Below, one piece after another: positions 32,405-42,355 of a DNA stretch of 64,000 bases; position 1 is the stretch's first letter, and every line of letters starts with the position of its first letter. Under the pieces are notes generated by a model, which did not search any database, was not told where the DNA came from, and saw only the letters and a program-made list of their open reading frames with translations. Made by a program: the position numbers and the translations under genes. The stretch is from a virus: the IMG/VR virus record IMGVR_UViG_3300008448_000023, positions 30,413 through 94,412 of that record; one strand, 5' to 3'.

Positions 32405-33420
32405 AGATATGACTCTAGACCACCGCGACGACGTAGGTCCTGGGTACAGCAGCTGATGCCGCCGTCCCAGAAGTAGCTGTGACGCAACTCACTTATAATC
32501 GGATTGATCCGATGCTTCTTACAATAATCAAACACCTGCTTGTTATAAGCAGAGAAGATTACATTCTCTTCGTCAAGCACAAGACAGTTAACATCAAAAA
32601 CTGTCTCAGCTACAAACCCTGTCCATTTATTTAGATACTTGTCCACAAAGTCTGTAAACTCTGCTGTGGGAGTTTGTCCTTGTACATACCAAGCACCAGG
32701 GCTTTGTTCGTACTTGAACTTGCCAACTTCCATGGCGGCCCAGATACTTGGATCCCAGATCTTGCACACATCCCAGCCAGGGAAATCACGTGCTAGATCC
32801 AAGTTAACATCGTGCTTGGAACTTAACAGCACACCAGGTTTGAGAATAGCAAACACAGCATCGCCATGTCCGTCGGTGATGGCCTCATGGATTTGATATT
32901 CTGGTCCTAACACGTTATCCACTATCCAACGGGTTTGTTCGGGCTTTAGGAAGTCTGAGTTGTCAAAGAATACATCGCGGCCCACACGCACGATACAGCT
33001 GGCACTTGCACCATTTAGAATGCAGTCTTCATCCCACTCGCTCTTGTGTGGGTTAACAACTTGATCCTTGTATTCAGCACAAATAGTGTCTAGCTCTTTC
33101 ATGTTTAGTACACGCAACAGTTTGTCGCCTAGTGTGATTTGCCAATCTCTTGGAGTCAGTGGCGGTAGCGGAGCACCCCCACCTTCGGTTTGAAACCAAA
33201 CAAACTCGTCCTTGGGACGCACGTCAGGTCTGCGCACTCGGGCACCATATTGCTCGATGGTCTTTTGTAGGTTGTTGAGATCCTCTTCTGTTTCATGCAG
33301 GATCTGTTGCATTTGATTACGAACTTGAGGATTGTCGATGAAGTCAAAGTAATCTGCTGGGTAGGCACGGCCCACAATAACTTCTTCTAAAGGTTGCCAA
33401 GATGTGTAACTGTTGATCAT
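32401..33420 (-). CDS. Amidinotransferase (glycine / inosamine-phosphate amidinotransferase family)
   Basis: Start revised to MINSY at 33420; WQPLEEVIVG, TPRD, GHGD, FWDGGISCCT (catalytic Cys). Confidence 0.85.
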   Translation of the reverse strand: MINSYTSWQPLEEVIVGRAYPADYFDFIDNPQVRNQMQQILHETEEDLNNLQKTIEQYGARVRRPDVRPKDEFVWFQTEGGGAPLPPLTPRDWQITLGDKLLRVLNMKELDTICAEYKDQVVNPHKSEWDEDCILNGASASCIVRVGRDVFFDNSDFLKPEQTRWIVDNVLGPEYQIHEAITDGHGDAVFAILKPGVLLSSKHDVNLDLARDFPGWDVCKIWDPSIWAAMEVGKFKYEQSPGAWYVQGQTPTAEFTDFVDKYLNKWTGFVAETVFDVNCLVLDEENVIFSAYNKQVFDYCKKHRINPIISELRHSYFWDGGISCCTQDLRRRGGLESYL

Positions 33421-34568
33421 ATGTTTAATTGTGCGAATAAAGTATTTAGGCGTTGAGTCTTGCTGGCGGCAAATAAACGCTGGTTGTGTACAATGTCGTC
33501 CCAGCAGCCGGTATACCAAGCTTGCATGTCTTGACTTTGTAGTTGTTGCAAGCTGGATTTGATAGCTTGCCACCTTTGGGTGTTGTTGGTTATAGTATCA
33601 TAGCTGTTGTCTATAGCATGGTCAAAGGTACGATATCCCAGTGTTCGTAGTGTGGCCAATGTGTGTGGTGGACCCACAATCACAAAAGGATGACCATTTT
33701 TGATAGCTTTGAATGTTTTTTCTGTAATGAAAGTTCCATCTGACCCGTCAGCATCAAAGTGTGTTTCTAACACAACGCTACAATAGGTTTTTATAAAATG
33801 ATCTTCTACGGTTATACTATGATCGTTGTGTTGCTCAACAGTCAAGTTGTCGCAGCGATAAGGGCCTTGACTCAAAAACTTTTCTACGTCTACCCCGGGC
33901 TGATGTTCGATAGGATTGTCTTGTGGATGATCACCTAATGGGAACTCGGTGTTGTAACTCCACACACTGTTGGCCAAAACGCCAGACTGGTCAAGTTCGG
34001 CCATTACACTGGCTCGCCACCATTTGTGTGTTCTATTCAGCACAAGAAATTGATAAGGCCGCTGACTTTGATGCTGTTCGATTGCAACGGCCAACTGGTT
34101 GCGACGCCAGTACAACAACTCGTGGTCAGGAAAATACACAAAATTTGGCACGTTGATTGCTGCTGTATTGCCACTGACAAATCTATAGCAGTTGATGTCA
34201 AAATTGTTTTTTACACACAATAAATCTAGCCGCGCTTTGATTTTCAAAGGGTTGTCTCCTTCGTGATAGTAAAACACAACAGTAACATGAGCTTGGCGAA
34301 TGCGCTGTGCTATGTTGTTAGGAATCAACGAAAAATAATCTATGCCGAAGTCAAAAAATCCTAGTCCAATAACATAGAGTCCTGGTCCATCAGTTTGCAG
34401 TTGATACTCGATGCCGTGATCATCCATGTGTCCAAAGAGTTCGGCAGGAACAGTATATGGCCAATGACGACCAAATTCTCTCCAACTCAGTGTGTAAGGT
34501 CGAGCCTGATGTTGCGCTAGTGCCGGATAGGCTCGACCTTTAATGGTTGAGTCACATACGAAGTTCAT
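33417..34568 (-). CDS. GT10-like glycosyltransferase-like protein
   Basis: VVLETHF...FITEKTFKAIKNGHPF...GYRTF...DNSYD. Confidence 0.5.
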   Translation of the reverse strand: MNFVCDSTIKGRAYPALAQHQARPYTLSWREFGRHWPYTVPAELFGHMDDHGIEYQLQTDGPGLYVIGLGFFDFGIDYFSLIPNNIAQRIRQAHVTVVFYYHEGDNPLKIKARLDLLCVKNNFDINCYRFVSGNTAAINVPNFVYFPDHELLYWRRNQLAVAIEQHQSQRPYQFLVLNRTHKWWRASVMAELDQSGVLANSVWSYNTEFPLGDHPQDNPIEHQPGVDVEKFLSQGPYRCDNLTVEQHNDHSITVEDHFIKTYCSVVLETHFDADGSDGTFITEKTFKAIKNGHPFVIVGPPHTLATLRTLGYRTFDHAIDNSYDTITNNTQRWQAIKSSLQQLQSQDMQAWYTGCWDDIVHNQRLFAASKTQRLNTLFAQLNI

Positions 34569-35643
34569 TTAACATACTCAGTAGTTCTTTCCAGAGAATC
34601 TGTTCGAACACGCTGCCGTAGAAGTGTTCATAATTGTGCTGCACTGTTGGCAAACAGTGGCGATGTATTTGTTGACGTTCTTTAACTGAAAGACTATTGA
34701 GATCTTTAAGTAACTGGGTGACTCGTTCAATGCGTCGAATATCATCAGTTTCTTCGTCGTAGCTTTCATCAAATATACCAGCAAAGGTCTTAAATCCGTA
34801 ACTACGCATGTATTCCAAACTGTGAGCTGGTGCTACTAGAACAAATGGCATTTCTAATGCAATTGCTTTGAATGTCTTTTCGGTAATGTGCAGTCGTTTA
34901 CCAAAGTAAACTGTTTCGGTAGGAACGTAAACCAAACTGTCCTGTGCTTCTGCATAGTTGCCCAAACAGTAGCTACTCATAACCTGTGTGTCTTCACCTG
35001 CAAAGTAACGAGGCAACTCGGCGCCCTGAAACACTTGCTCTATGTCAGGATATATGTTATTATACTTGAGTGCTATCTGTGAGATGTCTACGTTTTCGTA
35101 TGGACATACTCTAGGAGCCGAAATGTAGTTATTATCTAAACCATGCCGGAATACGTTGTACAAGAACAGCACTCTGTGATCGCGCTTGCCTGCAACAATT
35201 CTGTTGGGACTCATAAACGTACGAGAGGGTGATCTGTCAGCCGCCCTGGGGATCAGAAAAGTTTTGTCATAGCCGCGAAACCAGTCCTTGCAGGCCCATC
35301 CGTGATAAAAGTAGTAATGAGGTTCCCATCCATATATATGCGTGAGTGCAGTAACATATTCACCTTTTTCACTAACAACAACGTGACCTTCACGATGTCC
35401 CTGGATATCAAAATTGCGGCTTCGCACTGTATCGAACAATTCTTTATGAAGATCTAAATGTATAGGCTCTTGATCATGAAAAAATACAAAATCAGTTTCA
35501 GGAATATCATCCCTTCCGTAGTTGAACAATGCTTCAGGATCACTGCGTCCTGGAGGATCACAAAAGAATGTACGTGTTCCGGTTCGATACTGTTGCATCC
35601 AAGGCCAGAAGGTATTGTTGTAAATTTCGTCTATTCTAATCAT
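34552..35643 (-). CDS. GT10-like glycosyltransferase-like protein
   Basis: VPTETVY...HITEKTFKAIALEMPF...GFKTF...DESYD. Confidence 0.5.
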   Translation of the reverse strand: MIRIDEIYNNTFWPWMQQYRTGTRTFFCDPPGRSDPEALFNYGRDDIPETDFVFFHDQEPIHLDLHKELFDTVRSRNFDIQGHREGHVVVSEKGEYVTALTHIYGWEPHYYFYHGWACKDWFRGYDKTFLIPRAADRSPSRTFMSPNRIVAGKRDHRVLFLYNVFRHGLDNNYISAPRVCPYENVDISQIALKYNNIYPDIEQVFQGAELPRYFAGEDTQVMSSYCLGNYAEAQDSLVYVPTETVYFGKRLHITEKTFKAIALEMPFVLVAPAHSLEYMRSYGFKTFAGIFDESYDEETDDIRRIERVTQLLKDLNSLSVKERQQIHRHCLPTVQHNYEHFYGSVFEQILWKELLSMLNELRM

Positions 35644-38600
35644 GTTTGATATTTTTTATTTAGGTAAGAAGCCAGGTTTGTTTGCGCATGAGCGTGAGGC
35701 AGATAGTATTGAGCATGCACAAAGTTTGAGTCGCACAAGGTTCTTTTGGTGGGTGTCATACTTATGTGACTACTCCGGCTGGGATTGGTTTTACGAACCG
35801 CCTCCATGGCAAGCTGGTCAGAATCATGTGTGGCCTTCAAAGTGGCATCAGTATTCAGGCACATATCTCATACCTAAGACGCCCACAGACCAATGGAACT
35901 TTCATACAGAAGCTATAGCAACACAACCTGTAGACGAAAACTGGAAGGTATTGCATGCGATTGATCATGCTGAGTTTGACTTCTCCTGGCACCCACACCC
36001 ACTAGACCCGCCATATATCTATGTGTGGGGCAATCAACATTGGCCAGGGGAAAAAATGCCCACAGTGGAATATTGTGTTGAAGGTGCTACTGAACGCAAG
36101 TATATGGACTGGCCAGCTTCACTGCGCCCAACAACTACAAATTGGACAACACCTGCGCTGATTGATCCTAACAGTGTGGACTATTCATGGCGGCCAGATC
36201 CACAAGACCCACCTTATATCTATGAATTTGCTACACAATGGCAACCCAATGGCGGTGCTGTGTACACAGTGCCTGGCGCTGTAGAACACAAGTATGTGGG
36301 CATACAACATCGCAGACTGCCCAACAAAGCTGCATGGAAATTTTTAGAACCAGTAGCCAGTTTTGATTGGTCATGGCATCCGGACAACACTGAGCCGGCC
36401 TACAACTATGTGTTTGGTAACCAACACTGGCCAGCTACAGAAATGCCTACCATTGTTTACAAAATGCCAGGTGCCGAATCAGACAAGTTCATGGATGTGT
36501 TGGTTGCACGCCTGTGGGGTTGCATGGGTAACTGGGAGTTGTGCGAAGACATCGACGATAGTGTATGGGATTGGACCTGGGTGCCTAATCCCAATGATCC
36601 TCCGTACATCTACGTATTTGGCAATCAGTGGAATCCTCCTGAACTCAAGGCCAGTTTGCGGTATCATGTTGAAGGCGCAACAGAATTTAAATACATGGAT
36701 CAGCGCACACGCAGACTACCACAACCAGAGTTGTTTACAAATCATTTGCCTGTGGCTGAGTTTGACTACAGCTGGGAACCTGATCCCACAGATCCGCCAA
36801 TGACTTATGTGTTTGGCAACCAATGGAACACAGGTGTGTTAGAACCCACAGTGACTTATACCACAGGTGGAACAGAAACCAAGTATGTGGACAACATTGC
36901 TGCCAAGATTGCGCCAGACAAAACTAAATGGGAATTATTAGATGACATTGAAGAATTTGATTACAGCTGGAGGCCTGATCCTACTGATCCTCCTTATATC
37001 TACGTGTTTGGTAACCAGTGGCTCGCTCCCGAACAGCGACCTGCTGTCCAATATCATGTACCTGCCGCTGATGAGATAAAATACATGAGCCATCCTCGTG
37101 CCAAGCGCCGAGGAGATCCTGCACGTTTTGAGCAATTGTATCCTTGCGAGTTTGATTGGTCCTGGGAACCTGAACCAGGAAGCCCTCCTTATATCTATGT
37201 GTTTGGTAATCAATACTACCCAGCAGAAGTCATGCCTACATTGACGCTGACTGTGCCCGGTGCAACAGAACGCAAGTACATGGACATAGCTGCAAAACTG
37301 CTGCCACGGCACGACAATCATTGGCACACGTTGGTAGACTGTGAATGGGATTATACCTGGAGGCCAGAACCTGGAAGCCCTCCTTACATCTACGTGTTTG
37401 GCAACCAGTGGTGGTCAGCAGAAAAAATGCCCACGGTAGAATATCATATGCCCGGGGCAACAGAGCGCAAGTACATGGATATCAATGCAGAGTTATTGGT
37501 AGACATGACACATTGGCACATCCCAGAATATGTAGACGTCACGGATATGGACTTTAGTTGGGTTCCTGATCCAGGTGAACCGCCTTACATCTATCAGTTT
37601 GCCACGCAACACCAAAAAACAGGCGGTCCACAGTATCGTATGCCTGGTGCAACAGAGTTCAAGTATGTGGACATGATGCGAGCCGAAGTTAAAAAAGAAG
37701 CAGCACCCATCTTTGAAATTGATCACTTGGATGGTGCAGCAGGGCAGATTCCCGGCACAGTCAAGAAGGTGCGTTACTTTGACAACTATCGCGACACGCT
37801 GATACGTCTGGCCAAAAGTCTAGCAGGTGAATACGAACATGTATGGGTATGCAGTAGTATCTGTGACTACACTGGGTTCGACTTCTCGTGGCATCCTGAA
37901 ACTTGGCAGTCAACAATGTTGCACGTATTCCCCAGCAATGACCAAAAGTTTGGGGACACATTCTACATGCATGTGCCTACCTTTGCAGAACGTGCTGAAA
38001 AGAAACAGTTGTTGGAATGGTATTCAGTGAACTATGTGTCACGCCGGAGTGTGCCACGTAGATCCATGCCTGTGATTGAACACACTGCCGATTCGCATGT
38101 GGATGCAGTCAAGAACACAGATTGGTCAGGCCCATTGGCACTGTTCTCTACCAATGGCGTACCCATCACCTTGCCCACTGTGCCACTTTGGCGCCAAGAA
38201 ACCAAGACCATTGTGCCATTGAGTGAGGGTGCCAGTGCAGTGATTGTGCCAAAAGTGGCCCGAGGCGATGTCCGAACACAGTTGTACAATTATGCACACA
38301 TTGACAAGACCCAACGCAAACGCCACAGCGATCAGCCATTAGATATTGTGTTTATCAGCAACGGAGAACTCAGTGCTGACAAAAACTATCGCAAACTGGA
38401 TGACAGCAAGTACAATCGAAACAATCGACTCAAACGAATTGACCGTGTAAATGGTCGTGCAGCCGCTTATCATGCCGCAGCTAGAGCCAGTGCCACACCG
38501 TGGTTCTTTGCAGTGTTTGCTAAACTAGACATTCGCATGGATTTTCCATGGGACTGGCAACCAGATCGTATGCAACAGCCCAAACACTATATCTTTCATG

Positions 38601-39028
38601 CACACAATCCTGTAAACGGCTTGGAGTATGGACATCAAGCCATGATTGCTTACAATCGAGATCTAGTGTTGGCCAATCCTGGTGTGGGACTTGACTTTAC
38701 ATTAGACAGCGCACACGAAGTTGTGCCAATCAACTCAGGCACAGCATGGTACACAGACACGCCGTGGCAGGCCTGGCGCACAGCATTTCGTGAAGTAGTC
38801 AAACTCAAGCACAGCTTGCCTGATGTAGAAAGTGAGTACAGGCTCAACATGTGGCTCAGCAATACTGGAGAAGTTCAAAACGCTGAGTGGAGCCAATGGG
38901 GTGCAGAAGATGCTGTGGATTATTATGACGAAGTAGGTGGAGATTTTGTAGCTCTTAAGAAAAGCTACGAGTGGGATTGGTTGGCTAGCTATGCGTTTAT
39001 GCGACGCAACTTAACACCTGATCACTGA
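35642..39028 (+). CDS. 1,128-aa W/P/Y-rich repeat protein with a C-terminal GT-A-like domain lacking DxD
   Basis: Nine ~65-aa repeats (FD(W/Y)SWxP..PPYIYVFGNQW...PT..Y..PGATE.KYMD); C-terminus paralogous to 16695..17615. Confidence 0.75.
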   Translation: MFDIFYLGKKPGLFAHEREADSIEHAQSLSRTRFFWWVSYLCDYSGWDWFYEPPPWQAGQNHVWPSKWHQYSGTYLIPKTPTDQWNFHTEAIATQPVDENWKVLHAIDHAEFDFSWHPHPLDPPYIYVWGNQHWPGEKMPTVEYCVEGATERKYMDWPASLRPTTTNWTTPALIDPNSVDYSWRPDPQDPPYIYEFATQWQPNGGAVYTVPGAVEHKYVGIQHRRLPNKAAWKFLEPVASFDWSWHPDNTEPAYNYVFGNQHWPATEMPTIVYKMPGAESDKFMDVLVARLWGCMGNWELCEDIDDSVWDWTWVPNPNDPPYIYVFGNQWNPPELKASLRYHVEGATEFKYMDQRTRRLPQPELFTNHLPVAEFDYSWEPDPTDPPMTYVFGNQWNTGVLEPTVTYTTGGTETKYVDNIAAKIAPDKTKWELLDDIEEFDYSWRPDPTDPPYIYVFGNQWLAPEQRPAVQYHVPAADEIKYMSHPRAKRRGDPARFEQLYPCEFDWSWEPEPGSPPYIYVFGNQYYPAEVMPTLTLTVPGATERKYMDIAAKLLPRHDNHWHTLVDCEWDYTWRPEPGSPPYIYVFGNQWWSAEKMPTVEYHMPGATERKYMDINAELLVDMTHWHIPEYVDVTDMDFSWVPDPGEPPYIYQFATQHQKTGGPQYRMPGATEFKYVDMMRAEVKKEAAPIFEIDHLDGAAGQIPGTVKKVRYFDNYRDTLIRLAKSLAGEYEHVWVCSSICDYTGFDFSWHPETWQSTMLHVFPSNDQKFGDTFYMHVPTFAERAEKKQLLEWYSVNYVSRRSVPRRSMPVIEHTADSHVDAVKNTDWSGPLALFSTNGVPITLPTVPLWRQETKTIVPLSEGASAVIVPKVARGDVRTQLYNYAHIDKTQRKRHSDQPLDIVFISNGELSADKNYRKLDDSKYNRNNRLKRIDRVNGRAAAYHAAARASATPWFFAVFAKLDIRMDFPWDWQPDRMQQPKHYIFHAHNPVNGLEYGHQAMIAYNRDLVLANPGVGLDFTLDSAHEVVPINSGTAWYTDTPWQAWRTAFREVVKLKHSLPDVESEYRLNMWLSNTGEVQNAEWSQWGAEDAVDYYDEVGGDFVALKKSYEWDWLASYAFMRRNLTPDH
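35657..35662 (-). promoter_or_regulatory. TAAATA late-type promoter inside the opposite-strand gene
   Basis: Minus strand reads CCTAAATAAAAAATATCAAACATG, 13 nt before ATG 35643. Confidence 0.45.
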
Positions 39029-40103
39029 TGTATTCAACTTCTAAGTCAGTGAGTTCAGGATACAATGGCAAGCTAAGAACTCTACGTGCTAGACTAGAAC
39101 TCACGGCCAACATATCTGGGCCAGGCCATTGACGATAGACATCAATTTCATGTATAGGGCGCTCGTAATGTACACGAGTTTCAATTTTAAGATCAGCTAG
39201 TTTTTGTTTGACTGCGTTTCGATTGTCAATGTCAATTACAAACTTGTGATGTGCATGATTATGTGCGTTGTTCTCATCAATCAAGCATCGAATCTTGGAA
39301 TTCTTAGCAAAGCGTTCGCGCCAGAAGTCGGATATCTGCGCTCGGCGAGCCTGCCACCGGTCAATGTGTTGTGTTTTGATCAGCATGGTAGCACAGTCAA
39401 TTTCGCTCATGCGACTATTGGTTCCCGCATAGTTGTGCGTGGGTTTGCCGTTGTCTCTCCAGGCACGGGCAAATTCAGCAAGATCCGAGTTGTCTGTGAC
39501 AACAGCCCCTCCGTTGCCATAACAGGCTAAGTTCTTCATAGGGTCAAAGCTAATGGCTGCGGCATCACCTATGCGTTGACAACTGTTGGCCAGCCAGTGT
39601 TGGGCAGCATCTTCGATCACAATAGTGTTGGTAGCTACCCAATGATTCCAGGAACGCACATGAGCCGAATGTGTGATTGATTTGCCATACAGACCCACTA
39701 ACACCACAGCATCATAATCCACACCCTGTGGAAACTTTGTATCGTCGATGATGCCGTAAGCGTCAGTGTCAATGAAATGAATGTCCCAACCGGCACGTAT
39801 AAAAGCGTTTGCTGTAGCCACGTAGGTAAAGCTGGGCATGAACACCTTGGGATGTAGTGTTAGTTGAGAGGCCCAGTATTCGGCAATAATCTCCAAGGCA
39901 TGTGTGCCCGAGTGACAAGTCACAGCATATTTTGAACGATTTTTCTTGGCGAGCCAATGCTCAAATTCAGCGGTGTTGTTGCCGTTCATAAGAACTCCTG
40001 AACGCAGAACTTCGTCTGTGGCGTTCAGGACTTGATCTCGCAGTGCGTTATACTGTTTTCGGAGACCAGTAAAGGGGATGGTTAGTCCGGTTGTAGTTGA
40101 CAT
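38997..40103 (-). CDS. DegT/DnrJ/EryC1/StrS PLP-dependent sugar aminotransferase
   Basis: SGTHAL, EDAAQH, SFDPMKNLACYGNGG (PLP Lys), LSLPLYP; start revised to 40103. Confidence 0.92.
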   Translation of the reverse strand: MSTTTGLTIPFTGLRKQYNALRDQVLNATDEVLRSGVLMNGNNTAEFEHWLAKKNRSKYAVTCHSGTHALEIIAEYWASQLTLHPKVFMPSFTYVATANAFIRAGWDIHFIDTDAYGIIDDTKFPQGVDYDAVVLVGLYGKSITHSAHVRSWNHWVATNTIVIEDAAQHWLANSCQRIGDAAAISFDPMKNLACYGNGGAVVTDNSDLAEFARAWRDNGKPTHNYAGTNSRMSEIDCATMLIKTQHIDRWQARRAQISDFWRERFAKNSKIRCLIDENNAHNHAHHKFVIDIDNRNAVKQKLADLKIETRVHYERPIHEIDVYRQWPGPDMLAVSSSLARRVLSLPLYPELTDLEVEYISDQVLSCVA

Positions 40104-41059
40104 TTCCAATAATCGCTTGTGCTTAACCATTTGTAGTATTCGCGGAAGCCTTCTTCAACGTCAACTTGGGGGTCATAACCAAGAATAGTTCTAGCACGAT
40201 CAATATTTAAGGCACCTCGGCTGGGGAAGTCTGCGTCTTTGTCACGGATATCGATGCTGCCTTTGCCCACAATATCAACCACCATTTCGGCGGCCTGCTG
40301 GAGTGTGACTGAATGAGATTTAGTAATATTGTAAGTATTGTTCTTAGCCGTGATCCTAGTTGATGCTGCCACAATACCCGCTGCCGCATCATCCACATAG
40401 GTAAAGTCAAGTGTTTCTCCTGCGCCATTGACCCTGAGGGTACCACCACGCATTGCGGTGAGCATAAATTTTGCAACAACCCGATCTTCCACATCCAGCG
40501 GTCCATACACTGCCGACGGACGGATGACCACATATTCCATGCCTGTTCGTCGGGCATAATCTTTGACAAGATGTTCTCCTGCTAGTTTCATAATGCCGTA
40601 CTGTCCTTGCGGCTGGCATTCGTCGTCTTCTAATACCTGATCTTCAAAGTCTCCGTACACCATGCTAGAGCTGATGTACACAAAACGTTCTACACCGTGC
40701 TTTTTGGCACTCTCCAACAGATTGATCAAGCCAGTCATCATTACTTCGCTGCCGTGTCGAGGATCAGCATTGACAACTTTTTGTCTAGGAAAGCTGGCAC
40801 AGTGAATGATTACCGTGGGCTTCTCTTCGGAGATGATACGCTCCATAGCGTCAGTCTCTGTGATAGAATTTGGATACCATGTGTGTGGTTTGAGTTTTTT
40901 AAGTCGCTCACTCATCAAGTAATCAACTTCACTCTGTGGGATGATCCCATAGGTAGTGTGAGTATCTACTACCACAACTTCGTCTTCACGTTGTTGTAGG
41001 CGAGCCACAACATTGTGCCCAATAAGACCGTGCCCGCCTGTTACTAAAAATTTGCTCAT
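40082..41059 (-). CDS. NAD-dependent nucleotide-sugar epimerase/dehydratase
   Basis: VTGGHGLIG, SSSMVYG, YGIMK (YxxxK), DFTYVDD. Confidence 0.92.
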   Translation of the reverse strand: MSKFLVTGGHGLIGHNVVARLQQREDEVVVVDTHTTYGIIPQSEVDYLMSERLKKLKPHTWYPNSITETDAMERIISEEKPTVIIHCASFPRQKVVNADPRHGSEVMMTGLINLLESAKKHGVERFVYISSSMVYGDFEDQVLEDDECQPQGQYGIMKLAGEHLVKDYARRTGMEYVVIRPSAVYGPLDVEDRVVAKFMLTAMRGGTLRVNGAGETLDFTYVDDAAAGIVAASTRITAKNNTYNITKSHSVTLQQAAEMVVDIVGKGSIDIRDKDADFPSRGALNIDRARTILGYDPQVDVEEGFREYYKWLSTSDYWKCQLQPD

Positions 41060-41331
41060 CTATTCTCCCATTTTAGTTTAAACATCATATACACTTGATC
41101 GTCCATCACATAGAATCTACCACTATCGGTATAGTTCCATCTAGCACCTTTTTGTCCAAATGTTTTAAACAACCAATCTTTTTGTGCAGAACTTAATACT
41201 CCTGAGCTTCTGTACTGTATCACAGGCACAAACTTCTTACCATCCCACACTTGTTTTTTTACCACGGCAGGAGGGGCAATTTCTACTTCAAGGTATTCTA
41301 CTTGCTGATTCCACCCCATTTGAGCCTCCAA
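41056..41331 (-). CDS. Hypothetical protein
   Basis: About 90 aa, FKLKW C-terminus, overlap-coupled. Confidence 0.6.
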   Translation of the reverse strand: MEAQMGWNQQVEYLEVEIAPPAVVKKQVWDGKKFVPVIQYRSSGVLSSAQKDWLFKTFGQKGARWNYTDSGRFYVMDDQVYMMFKLKWENR

Positions 41332-41639
41332 AATGTTTGGTCTGGATCGCTGAGTCTAGCTATGATTCGATATCTTTGTCCGTAGGTTGCCTGGTTTAAG
41401 TTTCGAATCCAGTAAGGTTTTTCTACAGCATGTTCCATGATCCAAGCACCTTCAGAACTTTGTTGCCATTCCCAAATTGGACCGCCAGCATATAAATCTG
41501 GATCTTCAACATCGCTTATAACAAATTCATGTACACATACATCAGAAAAACGCACTGCACAGCCGTCAATGATTTTTACTTCTTGTGGCTGCCAGTGCAG
41601 ATATTCAGCGGGTTGGTTGTGATTTATTGTTGTTGCCAT
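41298..41639 (-). CDS. Hypothetical protein
   Basis: DVEDPDLYA motif, WRLKW C-terminus; start revised to ATG 41639. Confidence 0.65.
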   Translation of the reverse strand: MATTINHNQPAEYLHWQPQEVKIIDGCAVRFSDVCVHEFVISDVEDPDLYAGGPIWEWQQSSEGAWIMEHAVEKPYWIRNLNQATYGQRYRIIARLSDPDQTFWRLKWGGISK

Positions 41640-41660
41640 ACTAGAGTATAGCACATGATT

Positions 41661-42353
41661 TCATGGTTGAGCAACTAGTTCGGCAGCCATTGGGAATATT
41701 TCTGCAATAACTTTGGCACATGCACGAGCCACTTCCATGTGCTCTTTTTGTGTGCCATTGCCTGATCTTAGTTCGATAAAGTGAATCCAACTACGCAGGG
41801 TACCGTTCATGTACATGCGACTCACTGTGAGTCCTTCAGGCAACACAGCTCGGGCCTGTTCTTTGGCAATGCCGTTCTTGATGGCCCATGCGTACTCTTG
41901 CTTGACACTGAATAACACACGTTGTTGGGCACGTTCCCATTCAATGGCCAACAACCGTTGTGCCTCGTCTGTCATGTCCAAGTCTACACTGTTTTGTCGA
42001 TTTTTGGTGTCCTGGAATCGAGCTTCACGTAACACAAACGCCTCATCCAGTTCAGCTGTGGGATCAGCATATCGCTGACTGAACTCTTGAAAGCTGAAAC
42101 TTCTGTGACGCAGAATCTGTCGGGCAATATCACGGGTGGTCACAATTTCGCAACAAGCTGACACCATTTCCAGCGGGCTCCAGTGAGCATGCTTGACCAG
42201 GTATCGGATAAGTCGTTCGCTGGTTTCTGTTGTGAACTGGTTGGCAGGGTTGGACACACGGGCACAATAGGCAATAAGCTCTTGTGCATCATCGATGCCT
42301 TGCTCAGCAAAATGTGCGGTAGGTTGGCTATAGGATACCAGGGATACATTCAT
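41661..42353 (-). CDS. thyX: FAD-dependent thymidylate synthase ThyX
   Basis: HWSPLE, QILRHRSFSFQEFSQRY signature, EQARAVLP, TQKEH. Confidence 0.95.
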   Translation of the reverse strand: MNVSLVSYSQPTAHFAEQGIDDAQELIAYCARVSNPANQFTTETSERLIRYLVKHAHWSPLEMVSACCEIVTTRDIARQILRHRSFSFQEFSQRYADPTAELDEAFVLREARFQDTKNRQNSVDLDMTDEAQRLLAIEWERAQQRVLFSVKQEYAWAIKNGIAKEQARAVLPEGLTVSRMYMNGTLRSWIHFIELRSGNGTQKEHMEVARACAKVIAEIFPMAAELVAQP

Positions 42354-42355
42354 TT

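Noticed and set aside
35950-37680. CRISPR-like or DNA-level repeat array
   Set aside because: The repeats are in-frame protein repeats with synonymous variation; there are no identical direct repeats with spacers and no cas genes.
14523-41059. Bacterial O-antigen/capsule locus or prophage cargo
   Set aside because: No flippase, polymerase, ABC exporter or integrase is present, and the flanking structural genes, late motifs and tRNA array point to a phage genome.
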